The position numbers and the translations under genes were made by a program. A stretch of DNA of 64,000 bases, from contig CAZODA010000012.1 of the NCBI GenBank assembly GCA_964578485.1, positions 555 to 64,554 of the forward strand, in the 5' to 3' direction. Of this stretch, positions 41,934-50,550 are shown piece by piece. Within the stretch, counting starts at the first letter, position 1. Each line of letters opens with the position of its first letter. The notes under the pieces are model-generated. The model worked only from the letters and a program-made list of their open reading frames with translations, searched no databases and was not told the DNA's origin. The DNA is from an uncultured Alkalitalea sp. Lineage in GTDB: Bacteria > Bacteroidota > Bacteroidia > Bacteroidales > Marinilabiliaceae.

Positions 41934-42974
41934 TTACAAATGATCAGGATGATTTATTTGGGAGAAATAACGTTTTTTACGAACAAAAAAATCAAAAACT
42001 ACAGAACCTTTATATATTTCAGGATGATTTGTATGAGAAACTTTTGCAGCTAAAAGTTTCCTTTGACCATAAAAATGTCTAAACTTTTTTATAAAGCTCC
42101 AATGAGCTTTATATACGGCAAGAAAATAATTCCATTCCTTTCTAAATAAAAAATGAATACTTGCCAAATAATCCAAACACATTCTAAATATCAATAAACA
42201 ATAAACTCCCGATCCCATTCGATTTTTAATAATAAGAAAAAGATTATTCCTAAAATTTAAATACGTTTTTGAAGGATTATTGTAGTTTAAAGTTCCACCC
42301 CCAAGATGGAGCACTTCGCTATCAGGGACATACATCACCTTATACCCCATATTTTTAACTCTCCAACACCAATCTATTTCCTCCATATGTGCGAAAAAGA
42401 GAGGATCGAAGCCCCCGGATTTGAGGAATAAATTTGTTTTGACCATTAAAGCCGACCCACTGCCCCAAAAAACAGAATCGGCTTGATTATATTGATTTTC
42501 ATCTTTTTCAATGACATTAAACATTCTTCCTCTACAAAAGGTGTAGCCAAATATATCTATAAAGCCTCCTGCAGCACCGGCATACTCAAAATAATCAGGA
42601 CGATTTGCATCTTTAATCTTAGGCACAGCTGCAGCAACAGAGCGGCTGTTTTTCATTGTCTTCACCATTGGTAGTAACCATCCGGGTTGAGGAGCCACAT
42701 CCGAATTCAACATCACTACATATTCTGTATCAAGAAATGTAAGTGCTTTATTATATCCTCCGGCAAATCCCAGATTTTCATCAAAGCGTATTACATTAAT
42801 TTTAGGATAATTTTCTTTGAGCCATTCTACTGAATCATCAGTAGAACCATTATCTGCAACCACGATTTTAACACCTTCAATATTTGAATTTTTTACAACT
42901 TCAGGTAAAAACTTTTCAAGTAAGTTTCGTGTATTCCAGTTTAATATTACAATTGATACAGAGAATCGAAGCAT
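41934..42974 (-). CDS. family 2 glycosyltransferase
   Basis: 346 aa with VSIVILNWNTRNLL, VVADNGSTDDS and NSDV motifs, and C-terminal hydrophobic segments. Confidence 0.85.
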   Translation of the reverse strand: MLRFSVSIVILNWNTRNLLEKFLPEVVKNSNIEGVKIVVADNGSTDDSVEWLKENYPKINVIRFDENLGFAGGYNKALTFLDTEYVVMLNSDVAPQPGWLLPMVKTMKNSRSVAAAVPKIKDANRPDYFEYAGAAGGFIDIFGYTFCRGRMFNVIEKDENQYNQADSVFWGSGSALMVKTNLFLKSGGFDPLFFAHMEEIDWCWRVKNMGYKVMYVPDSEVLHLGGGTLNYNNPSKTYLNFRNNLFLIIKNRMGSGVYCLLIFRMCLDYLASIHFLFRKEWNYFLAVYKAHWSFIKKFRHFYGQRKLLAAKVSHTNHPEIYKGSVVFDFFVRKKRYFSQINHPDHL

Positions 42975-42976
42975 TA

Positions 42977-43867
42977 TTAAGTTTCTTTATACAAATGCTG
43001 ATGTTTCCATCGGCGATGAGACCATAGCCAGTATTCAGGCTTTTTCCTAATTTGTCTTTCAAGCATTCTTACATGCCATTCGGTAATTTCAAACTCCTCT
43101 GCTGTCTTCACATCTCCGGGAAAAGGAATGAAAGATAATTGATATTGACCTCTTTTAATTTTCTCCATATCCCAGAATAATACTACAGCATCAGTTAAAC
43201 GAGCCATTTTCTCAGGCCCTAAGATTATTGGAGTATTTTGACCTAAGAAAATGGTCCAATAATCAAGTTCGTTTTTTCCCGGACTTTGATCACAAATAAG
43301 CCCTAATACAAAGCGTATATTCTTACGTTTATGTTGAATAACTTCCCGAGCGGTAAGTTTCTTCTCTACATTAATTGTTCCAAAACGATTTCGCAGACGC
43401 AACATATAACGATCGAAGTAAGGATTTTTTAAAGGTCGATATACAGAAATACCGGCTACCTGAAAAGACAAATTAATTGATGGCACCCATTCCCAGTTTC
43501 CATAATGCCCAAGTACAGCTATTATATCTTTTCCTTCATTAAGATATTCCTCAATAATTTCAGGATTAACAGCCCTCAATCTGAACTTCATTTCTTCAAG
43601 AGGAATATTTTCAATAACGATGGTTTCTACTATCAAATCACAAAAATGCCTATAAAATCGCAAACGTATCTTACGAAGATCTTTAGAACTTTTGTCGGGA
43701 AATGCCCTGGACAGATTATCGTTAATAATCTTTTTACGATATCCTACTATTAATATTATCAAGAATAGAAAATCTGATAGCCTGTAAAGAACAAACATAG
43801 GCAACCAGCTTAACACCCAAAGCAATGGATAAACAATATAAAATCCGACTGCTTGAAGTACTTTCAT
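42977..43867 (-). CDS. lipid A biosynthesis (Kdo2-lipid IVA) late acyltransferase / lysophospholipid acyltransferase family
   Basis: 296 aa with an N-terminal TM anchor and an HtrB/LpxL-type active-site block LGHYGNWEW. Confidence 0.8.
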   Translation of the reverse strand: MKVLQAVGFYIVYPLLWVLSWLPMFVLYRLSDFLFLIILIVGYRKKIINDNLSRAFPDKSSKDLRKIRLRFYRHFCDLIVETIVIENIPLEEMKFRLRAVNPEIIEEYLNEGKDIIAVLGHYGNWEWVPSINLSFQVAGISVYRPLKNPYFDRYMLRLRNRFGTINVEKKLTAREVIQHKRKNIRFVLGLICDQSPGKNELDYWTIFLGQNTPIILGPEKMARLTDAVVLFWDMEKIKRGQYQLSFIPFPGDVKTAEEFEITEWHVRMLERQIRKKPEYWLWSHRRWKHQHLYKET

Positions 43868-43868
43868 A

Positions 43869-44669
43869 TTATTTTTGCTTTAAGTAAAAAGAGACTTTTT
43901 TGAAAAATTCATTAAAAACCAAGGTGTTAGATGCAATTATTTCTCGTTTTTCAAAATAATTTTCTTCACCTGAAAAATCAGAAACTTTACCTCCTGCTTG
44001 TTTCACCAAAAATAGTCCGGCAGCTATATCCCAATCATTCAAATTATATTCATAAAAAGCATCAAAACGTCCACAGGCTACATAGGCTAAATCAACAGCT
44101 GCAGATCCCATTCGGCGCATGCCATGACTGTTTCGCATAAAGTAATGCAATGATTCGATAAAACTGTCAATTAAGTCAAAGTTAGTGTACGGAAAACCTG
44201 TGGCAATAAGGCTGTCTGAAATATTTTCATTGCTTGACACATGAATTTCTTTTTCATTCATTAAAGCAGGGCCATCTTTCCATGAATAGAAGCATTCGTC
44301 AAGTCCAATTTCATAAATTACTCCTAACACAATTTCATCGTACTCCTTCAAAGCTATACTTATACTAAAGGGATATAATCCATGAATAAAATTTGTAGTA
44401 CCATCAATGGGATCAATTACCCAATTAAATCTTTCACTTTTTTTGGAAATTGTTTCTTCTTCAGTAATAAATCCGGCTTCGGGCAAAACTGCTGAAAGGT
44501 CGGCAACTATTCTTTTTTCAGCCTCTTGATCGTACTTCGTTACAAAGTCATTTTTGCCCTTTTCATGTATTTCAGGCTCGTGATTTAATCTGGCTTCTCG
44601 AATAAAAGCACCTGTTGTTCGTGCAGATATTACAGCATGTAAACACAATTCTCTGTAATTTATTTTCAT
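43869..44669 (-). CDS. inositol monophosphatase family protein (SuhB-like)
   Basis: 266 aa with the metal-binding motifs WVIDPIDGTTNF and WDIAAG. Confidence 0.88.
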   Translation of the reverse strand: MKINYRELCLHAVISARTTGAFIREARLNHEPEIHEKGKNDFVTKYDQEAEKRIVADLSAVLPEAGFITEEETISKKSERFNWVIDPIDGTTNFIHGLYPFSISIALKEYDEIVLGVIYEIGLDECFYSWKDGPALMNEKEIHVSSNENISDSLIATGFPYTNFDLIDSFIESLHYFMRNSHGMRRMGSAAVDLAYVACGRFDAFYEYNLNDWDIAAGLFLVKQAGGKVSDFSGEENYFEKREIIASNTLVFNEFFKKVSFYLKQK

Positions 44670-44816
44670 TTTAACACATTAAAATTTAAAAATATCCCAA
44701 AGATACTAAAATGAATTATTACTTTACGCAACAAAATTTGTTAGTGATCAGCTGCCAAAACGAAAAATAGTAATTTTATTATCATAAGAATAAAATGAGC
44801 AAATGATTTTAAAGAT

Positions 44817-46103
44817 ATGAACTATCATCAAACTCTTCAGTTTCTTTTCGACCAGCTGCCTATGTATCAGCGCATTGGCGCGAAAGCTTATAAGAGCGAT
44901 TTAAATAATATTAAACTATTGGTTAAACATTTAGGCCATCCTCACAAACAGTTTAAAAGCATACATATTGCCGGCACTAATGGAAAAGGGTCTGTTTCAA
45001 ACATGCTTGCCTCAATTTTTATGGAGGCAGGTTATAAAACGGGACTTCATACATCACCCCATTTAAATGATTTTCGTGAGCGTATCCGTATCGGTAAAAA
45101 AATGGTGCCTAAAATATTTGTTATAAATTTTATCGCTGATAACAAACAAATTATCCGCGAGCTTCAGCCCTCATTTTTTGAATTAACAGTGGCAATGGCC
45201 TTTTATTATTTTGCAGAGAAAAAAGTTGATATTGCCATTATTGAAACAGGTTTGGGAGGGCGTCTGGATTCTACCAATATTATAACTCCCCAATTATCAA
45301 TTATAACAAATATAGCTTTAGATCATACTGCCTTTCTCGGTAATACACAGGAAAAAATTGCCTATGAAAAAGCAGGAATTATAAAACACGGGATTCCTGT
45401 CGTTGTTGGAAGAAAACAAGTTGAAACAACAACAATATTTAAAAATGCAGCAAATGCCAAACAAACAAAAGTGATATATGCCGATGATCTATATTCGGTG
45501 GCAATTAAAAAAGATAATCCAAACCAAAAACTTATTTCTATCTTAAAAAATGGAATAAAATATGGTGAGGATATTAATATGCCCTTATTAGGTAATCACC
45601 AGAATGAAAACATTAAAACTGTCGCAGCTTCAGTAGAAATATTGAAAGAATCAGGCTTTAAATTAAATTTTGATTCATTTAAAAAAGGCCTTGAAAATAT
45701 TATTTCAAACACATCATTTAAAGGACGATGGCAAATAATAAATAAAAATCCGTTAATTATTTGCGATACAGGACACAACGAAGATGGACTAAAATTAAGC
45801 ATGCAACAATTAAGTGAAACACCACATGATAAATTGTTCATAATTTTTGGCTTAGTAGATGACAAAGATGCTCAAGCACTTCTAAAACATCTTCCCATGC
45901 ATGCTCAAATCTATTTTACAAAAGCAAATAATCCAAGATCCCTAAATCCGGAAAAACTCAAAAAAGTTGGTGACTTAATGGGATTAAATAGTAAAATATA
46001 TCCGAATGTAATGGATGCCCTGCAACAAGCAAAAGAAAAAGCCAGCCCTAAAGATTTGATTTTCATTGGAGGAAGCACATTTATAGTAGCTGAAGTAGTT
46101 TAA
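44817..46103 (+). CDS. folC: bifunctional folylpolyglutamate synthase / dihydrofolate synthase
   Basis: 428 aa with the Mur-ligase-type P-loop HIAGTNGKGS and ETGLGGRLDSTN. Confidence 0.9.
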   Translation: MNYHQTLQFLFDQLPMYQRIGAKAYKSDLNNIKLLVKHLGHPHKQFKSIHIAGTNGKGSVSNMLASIFMEAGYKTGLHTSPHLNDFRERIRIGKKMVPKIFVINFIADNKQIIRELQPSFFELTVAMAFYYFAEKKVDIAIIETGLGGRLDSTNIITPQLSIITNIALDHTAFLGNTQEKIAYEKAGIIKHGIPVVVGRKQVETTTIFKNAANAKQTKVIYADDLYSVAIKKDNPNQKLISILKNGIKYGEDINMPLLGNHQNENIKTVAASVEILKESGFKLNFDSFKKGLENIISNTSFKGRWQIINKNPLIICDTGHNEDGLKLSMQQLSETPHDKLFIIFGLVDDKDAQALLKHLPMHAQIYFTKANNPRSLNPEKLKKVGDLMGLNSKIYPNVMDALQQAKEKASPKDLIFIGGSTFIVAEVV

Positions 46104-46115
46104 TTTGACAAAATG

Positions 46116-46147
46116 TTTGTCTGTTCACCAAAACTCTTCTATATTTG
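46116..46147 (+). promoter_or_regulatory. candidate promoter for tRNA-Val (-33 TTTG, -7 TATATTTG)
   Basis: TTTG lies at 46116-46119 and TATATTTG at 46140-46147, with a 20-nt spacer. The site is 23 nt before the tRNA 5' end. Confidence 0.4.
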
Positions 46148-46170
46148 CATCGATTTTTAAAAATAATAAC

Positions 46171-46245
46171 GGGCGCTTAGCTCAGCTGGTTCAGAGCACC
46201 TGGTTTACACCCAGGGGGTCAGCGGTTCGAATCCGTTAGCGCCCA
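46171..46245 (+). tRNA. tRNA-Val (anticodon TAC)
   Basis: Read: GGGCGCT TA GCTC AGCTGGTTCA GAGC A CCTGG TTTACAC CCAGG GGGTC AGCGG TTCGAAT CCGTT AGCGCCC A. The cloverleaf is canonical. Confidence 0.93.
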
Positions 46246-46252
46246 CAACAAG

Positions 46253-46280
46253 AAGCTGTCTTACAAGGACAGCTTTTTTT
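46253..46280 (+). terminator. rho-independent terminator after tRNA-Val
   Basis: AAGCTGTC / GACAGCTT is an 8-bp stem with a 7-nt loop, and the T-run continues to 46280. Confidence 0.7.
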
Positions 46281-46282
46281 GT

Positions 46283-46530
46283 CAGTGATCAGGAATCAGT
46301 TATCAGTCATCAGTCATCAGTAAACAGTTAATAGTGATCAGTCATCAATGAAAATGATCGACAATGTAGAGACGCACGGCCGTGCGTCTTTTAATTTCAT
46401 GACATGTCGCATTCGTTTGGGGTTTTGAGTTTGGAGTTTTGAGTTTAGGGTTTTGAGTTTGGGTATTTCGCTTCGCTCAAAATAATCGAAACTGGTCGTT
46501 GAGCGGAGCCGAAACGCCCTGTTTCGAATC
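46283..46530 (+). repeat. mosaic intergenic repeat, copy B1
   Basis: Modules in order: 10 CAGTNAT heptads (46283-46352); GATCGACAATG; the perfect 20-nt palindrome AGACGCACGG/CCGTGCGTCT (46370-46389) followed by TTTTAATTT; 7 GAGTTTK-type heptads (46419-46467); the box reading TTTGAGCGAAGCGAAATACC on the minus strand (46462-46481); and a degenerate inverted partner TTGAGCGGAGCCGAAACGCCC (46499-46519). Confidence 0.8.
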
Positions 46531-46720
46531 ATCAATGATCAGTAAACAGTCATCAATGAAAATGATCGACAATGTAGAGACGCACGGCCGTGCGTCTTTT
46601 AATTTCATGACATGTCGCATTCGTTTGGGGTTTTGAGTTTGGAGTTTTGAGTTTGGAGTTTTGAGTTTGGAGTTTTGAGTTTAGGGTTTTGAGTTTAGGG
46701 ATTTCACTCCGCTCAAAAAC
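46531..46720 (+). repeat. mosaic intergenic repeat, copy B2 (tandem duplicate of B1)
   Basis: 46547-46654 is identical over 108 nt to 46339-46446. The palindrome lies at 46578-46597. There are 11 GAGTTTK-type heptads (46627-46703) against 7 in B1. The box reading TTTGAGCGGAGTGAAATCCC on the minus strand lies at 46698-46717. Confidence 0.8.
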
Positions 46721-46999
46721 CATACGCCTTGAAGAGGCAGCATAATACTCTCCCTTTGTACTCAAGTCGGTTTCAATTAACAATATTAATTTTTGTAGGT
46801 CTTTTTTACACAAGTTATTTTTATTAAAGAAAAATTTCTTTAATGTTTTGTTTTTTTTATTTTTGTGAATTCTATTTTCGAATATTTATTATGGATTATT
46901 TAACTGCAAAAATATATCTGCAGCCATATATCAATTCAAAGCAAGGAAGAAATCTCAATCTTTTTAAGAGCATTATTTTTAAAATAAATCGTATTTATT

Positions 47000-47662
47000 A
47001 TGGCTAAAAGCAAGTCAGGGAAAAAAAAGATTCAAGTACCCGAACCATCTTTACATCGTTTACCTTGTTATCTTGCCTATTTAAAAATGGAGCATCTTAA
47101 GGGCAGTCGATATGTTTCATCTAAATTAATTGCGCGTTACAATGGTGTTGCTGCCACGCAAGTAATAAAAGATTTGGCACATACAGGATTTAGCGGAAAA
47201 ACTAAAGTAGGTTATGAAGTTGATCCACTTATTAATGCATTAGAGGATTTTCTTGGTTTCCAAGAAATGAGTGAAGCTTGTTTATTTGGTGCGGGTAGTT
47301 TAGGGACTGCTTTGCTTCATGATCACGGATTAATACAATATGGTCTCAAGATTACTGCTGCCTATGATATAGATACTGAAATTATTGGCAAAAAAATTGG
47401 GGGTGTTGAAATCCATCATTTAAATGATTTCATCCAAAACAAAAATCAGAGTATTCATATAGGCATATTAACTGTACCTTTGGAGAGTGCTCGAGACACT
47501 GCTCAAATAATGATTAAGAACGGTATTCGTGCAATATGGAACTTCACGCCTGTACGCATGACTCTCCCCGACCATATTGTTGTTCAGAACACTTCCCTTT
47601 ATGCTCATCTCGCTGTTATTTTTAATCGTTTAAAAAGCAATGAAAAGGGTGATTCACAATAG
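47000..47662 (+). CDS. rex: redox-sensing transcriptional repressor Rex
   Basis: 220 aa with an N-terminal winged helix (PSLHRLPCYLAYL) and a Rossmann loop GAGSLGTAL. Confidence 0.9.
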   Translation: MAKSKSGKKKIQVPEPSLHRLPCYLAYLKMEHLKGSRYVSSKLIARYNGVAATQVIKDLAHTGFSGKTKVGYEVDPLINALEDFLGFQEMSEACLFGAGSLGTALLHDHGLIQYGLKITAAYDIDTEIIGKKIGGVEIHHLNDFIQNKNQSIHIGILTVPLESARDTAQIMIKNGIRAIWNFTPVRMTLPDHIVVQNTSLYAHLAVIFNRLKSNEKGDSQ

Positions 47663-47663
47663 C

Positions 47664-49025
47664 TTAAAACATCAAGGTGAATTTAGTCTCTCTCCCCGGC
47701 ACTGAAAAAGCACTGATACTACCGGCATGCAATCGCATAATTTGACGCGAGAGGCTTAATCCTATTCCTGAGCCATTTTGTTTAGTTGAAAAAAATGGGA
47801 TAAAGATTTTATCCAATACTTCAGGCAAGATTCCTCTGCCATTATCAACTACTTGGATTGCAATTTTCCCTCTACGGTTTAAATATGCACTTAGTAAAAT
47901 ATTATTTCCTTCATTTTTTTCAAAAGCATAAATTGAATTTCTAAGCAAATTTATCAGAACTTGTTCTATTAGTTTTTCATCTGCCGAGAGTTCCAAAGTT
48001 GGGGGTTCAACAACAATTTGACAATGAATATTTTTCTTTTCAAAGTCATTTTGATGCAGACGATATATATTTTTTAATAATTTTTCAACAGGAAAGATTG
48101 AAAATTCCGGAGTTGGAATACTTGTTAAATTTCTATAGGTATTAACAAAATATATAAGGCCTTCGGTTCTTTTATCTATTGTTGATAATGCTTCAAGAAT
48201 TTCAAGCAAGTTGTTTTGTTCTTCCTTACAGCTGTTTTTTCCTTCAAGTTTTTGTATTACATCTTTCATTAGATGTGTTATTGTAGATGATAAAGATGAA
48301 ATAGGAGTAATAGAATTCATTATTTCATGAGTCAATACCCTTATCAACTTCTGCCATGATTCCATTTCTTGTTCATCCAATTCTGACTGAATATTCTTAA
48401 TTGAAACTAAGGTAATATCCCGATTATGGATTTTAAAACCTGTTCCGTATATCGACAATTGCAAAAACCCATCATTATCGCGCACCTTTACCAACACATT
48501 TTCTCCATTTCTGATAGTCAGAAGTTTATTAACAAGTTCAGGGCTATAATCTTGTAACATTTGTATGTTATTAAGGTTTCTAAGCTGAAACATTCTTTTT
48601 GTTGCACTATTGATAAACTCAACGGATCCATCTTTTTGATAGGCAATTAGAGCAATTCCAATATGTTGAATAACTGTTTGGAGGTAATAATAGCTTTCTT
48701 CTTTTTCTTCGCGAACTGCTTTAAAATCACTAATCACATCATTTAAGGTCAACTTTAGTCTCTCCAATGAGGATTCATCATTTTCAACCTGAAAAGTGCG
48801 CGAAAAATCGGAATATCTAATTGATTGCAGGAAACTGTTAAGCAGTCTGTTAGTTTTGTCAACATAATGAAAAAGTGCCCATATTTGTATCAACACCAAC
48901 ACAGCTAACACTCCGGCAGTAAGTATGAGATTTGTTTTTACCAACAAATAAATAAACACAAAAATATTAGCGCTTAATAATAATATTCTTGCAAGCAGTT
49001 TGATCCGAAAATAATTAAAGCCCAT
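47664..49025 (-). CDS. membrane sensor histidine kinase (NtrB/AtoS-like)
   Basis: The start is taken at MGFNYFRIK (49025). The ORF track extends to 49091, but that would overlap the regulator gene by 77 nt. It has two N-terminal TM helices, a PAS-like region, the H-box LTHEIMNSITPI, and N/G boxes LLRNSIYAF, DNGRGI and GSGIGLSL. Confidence 0.85.
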   Translation of the reverse strand: MGFNYFRIKLLARILLLSANIFVFIYLLVKTNLILTAGVLAVLVLIQIWALFHYVDKTNRLLNSFLQSIRYSDFSRTFQVENDESSLERLKLTLNDVISDFKAVREEKEESYYYLQTVIQHIGIALIAYQKDGSVEFINSATKRMFQLRNLNNIQMLQDYSPELVNKLLTIRNGENVLVKVRDNDGFLQLSIYGTGFKIHNRDITLVSIKNIQSELDEQEMESWQKLIRVLTHEIMNSITPISSLSSTITHLMKDVIQKLEGKNSCKEEQNNLLEILEALSTIDKRTEGLIYFVNTYRNLTSIPTPEFSIFPVEKLLKNIYRLHQNDFEKKNIHCQIVVEPPTLELSADEKLIEQVLINLLRNSIYAFEKNEGNNILLSAYLNRRGKIAIQVVDNGRGILPEVLDKIFIPFFSTKQNGSGIGLSLSRQIMRLHAGSISAFSVPGRETKFTLMF

Positions 49026-50391
49026 ATTTTTCCATTCGGCGATACAGAGATGTACGCGTAAGACCGAGCTCGGATGCTGCCTTAGATACATTTCCGTGAT
49101 TATTTTTCAACACTTTACGTATAATTTGCCTTTCAATTTCCTCCAAGTTATAGCTTTCTAATTTAAAGCTGCCACTTGCTCCATCCGGTGCACTTAATTG
49201 AAAGTCATTTTCACTCAAAGAATCTGATTCACTCATAATCAAAGCTCTTTCAATGACATGCTGTAGTTCCCTAACATTTCCCGGCCAGTGATAAGCCGAC
49301 AACTTTCTTATAACACTTGAATTTAAACGATTAACTTTCCTGTTATATTTTTTACTGTAAATATTAATAAAATGATCTGCCAATAAAGGTATATCCTCAA
49401 TTCTATCACGCAAAGGAGGCAAATCAATTTCAACGGTATTTATTCTATATAACAAATCTTGCCGAAACTCATTATTTACAGCCATTTCTTTAATTCCCAT
49501 ATTCGTTGCACAAATGAGTCTGATATCAACAGGAATTGCCTTATTTGCCCCCACGCGTGTAACTTCACGTCGTTCTAATACGGTAAGTAATTTCGCCTGT
49601 AAGGGAAGTGACAAATTCCCAATCTCATCCAGAAAGATTGTCCCTCCCGAAGCAAGCTCAAAACGTCCGGGTCTGTCAACTCTTGCATCAGTAAATGCTC
49701 CTTTGACATGTCCAAACAATTCACTCTCAAAAAGGGATTCACTTAAAGCACCAAGGTCAATGCTGATAAAAACTTCGTTATTACGTGTTGACTGCCGATG
49801 AAGTGCACGAGCCACAAGTTCTTTTCCAGTACCATTTTCTCCTAAAATAAGCACATTAGCGTCTGTAGCAGCTACTTTTCTAATAGAATTAAACACTTTT
49901 TGCATACCCTCCGATACTCCAATGAAATCGGCAAAAGGCTGATCCAGGATAGTATTAATTTCTCTTTGTCGTTCACGTAAATTTGATGCTTCTTTTCTGG
50001 ATTCTTTCAAATTTATGGCCGACCAAATTGTAGCAAGCAATTTTTCATTTTGCCATGGCTTAACAATAAAATCGGCAGCACCGGCTTTAATTGCCTTAAC
50101 CGATTTTTCAACATCTCCATAAGCAGTAATAAATAAAACAACAGCAGAAGGATCTATTTCAAGAATTTGTTTAAGCCAAGAGAAGCCCTCACTTCCACTT
50201 ATTGCATCCTTGTCAAAATTCATATCAAGGAGAATTGCATCAAAGTCCTCTTCAGCCATATACTGAGGTATTCGTTTTGGATTTGTGGTAGTTCGGATTA
50301 ATTCAACATGCGGCTTTAACAACATATTCAATGCAAAAAGTATATCTGCATTATCATCAACAGCTAATATTTTTCCTTTTTTTTTAGTCAT
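49015..50391 (-). CDS. sigma-54-dependent response regulator (NtrC family)
   Basis: 458 aa with a receiver domain (ILAVDDN..., LLDMNF), an AAA+ domain (GENGTGKE, GAFTDA, Walker B IFLDEIG) and a C-terminal Fis-type HTH NVSKAASELGLTRTSLYRRMEKYGL. Confidence 0.9.
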   Translation of the reverse strand: MTKKKGKILAVDDNADILFALNMLLKPHVELIRTTTNPKRIPQYMAEEDFDAILLDMNFDKDAISGSEGFSWLKQILEIDPSAVVLFITAYGDVEKSVKAIKAGAADFIVKPWQNEKLLATIWSAINLKESRKEASNLRERQREINTILDQPFADFIGVSEGMQKVFNSIRKVAATDANVLILGENGTGKELVARALHRQSTRNNEVFISIDLGALSESLFESELFGHVKGAFTDARVDRPGRFELASGGTIFLDEIGNLSLPLQAKLLTVLERREVTRVGANKAIPVDIRLICATNMGIKEMAVNNEFRQDLLYRINTVEIDLPPLRDRIEDIPLLADHFINIYSKKYNRKVNRLNSSVIRKLSAYHWPGNVRELQHVIERALIMSESDSLSENDFQLSAPDGASGSFKLESYNLEEIERQIIRKVLKNNHGNVSKAASELGLTRTSLYRRMEKYGL

Positions 50392-50522
50392 CTTTGAACT
50401 TAGATCAAATTTTATAAAACACAGCCAACTTTGAAATTATATTATGTGGAGCCCCACAAATTTACTTATAAATATTAAATATGACGGGCTATTCCTCTTA
50501 ATTTCAATAAAATAGTTTTGAT

Positions 50523-50550
50523 GGCATAATTTCTGTTCATAAATTATGCC
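50523..50550. promoter_or_regulatory. perfect 10-bp inverted repeat in the divergent regulator/ABC intergenic region (candidate operator or enhancer site)
   Basis: GGCATAATTT (50523-50532), an 8-nt spacer, then AAATTATGCC (50541-50550). Confidence 0.35.

Noticed and set aside
46283-46703. Heptad arrays as a CRISPR array or other spacer-repeat system.
   Set aside because: The period is 7 nt with no unique spacers, no leader and no cas genes in the window.
46338-46813. Track ORFs 46338-46535 (65 aa) and 46553-46813 (86 aa), and likewise 25084-25356 (90 aa), as real paralogous small proteins (..FERSEIPKLKTLNSKLQTQN..KDARPCVST..).
   Set aside because: They are translations of the heptad arrays and palindromes of the repeat family. 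The 7-nt periodicity is not codon-compatible, and the palindrome reads similarly on both strands. Heptad copy-number changes would shift the frame relative to the downstream part only by luck. No promoter context is evident. The local FERSEI synonymous pattern is kept as a finding, not as a gene call.
46863-46882. TTGTGAATTCTATTTTCGAA upstream of rex as an autoregulatory Rex operator.
   Set aside because: The established Rex box is TTGTGAA-N4-TTCACAA. Here the second half-site is degenerate (TTCGAA) and the spacing is 6-7 nt, so it does not fit.
49026-49091. The longer histidine-kinase start (MYLRQHPSSVLRV...).
   Set aside because: It would overlap the regulator gene by 77 nt. The extension has no hydrophobic or conserved character, and MGFNYF directly precedes the first TM helix.
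50522-50537. TGGCATAATTTCTGTT as a sigma-54 (-24/-12) promoter for the ABC operon.
   Set aside because: The -12 element reads TGT instead of TGC, and the TGGCA is simply the left arm of the perfect inverted repeat. I kept it only as a dyad.
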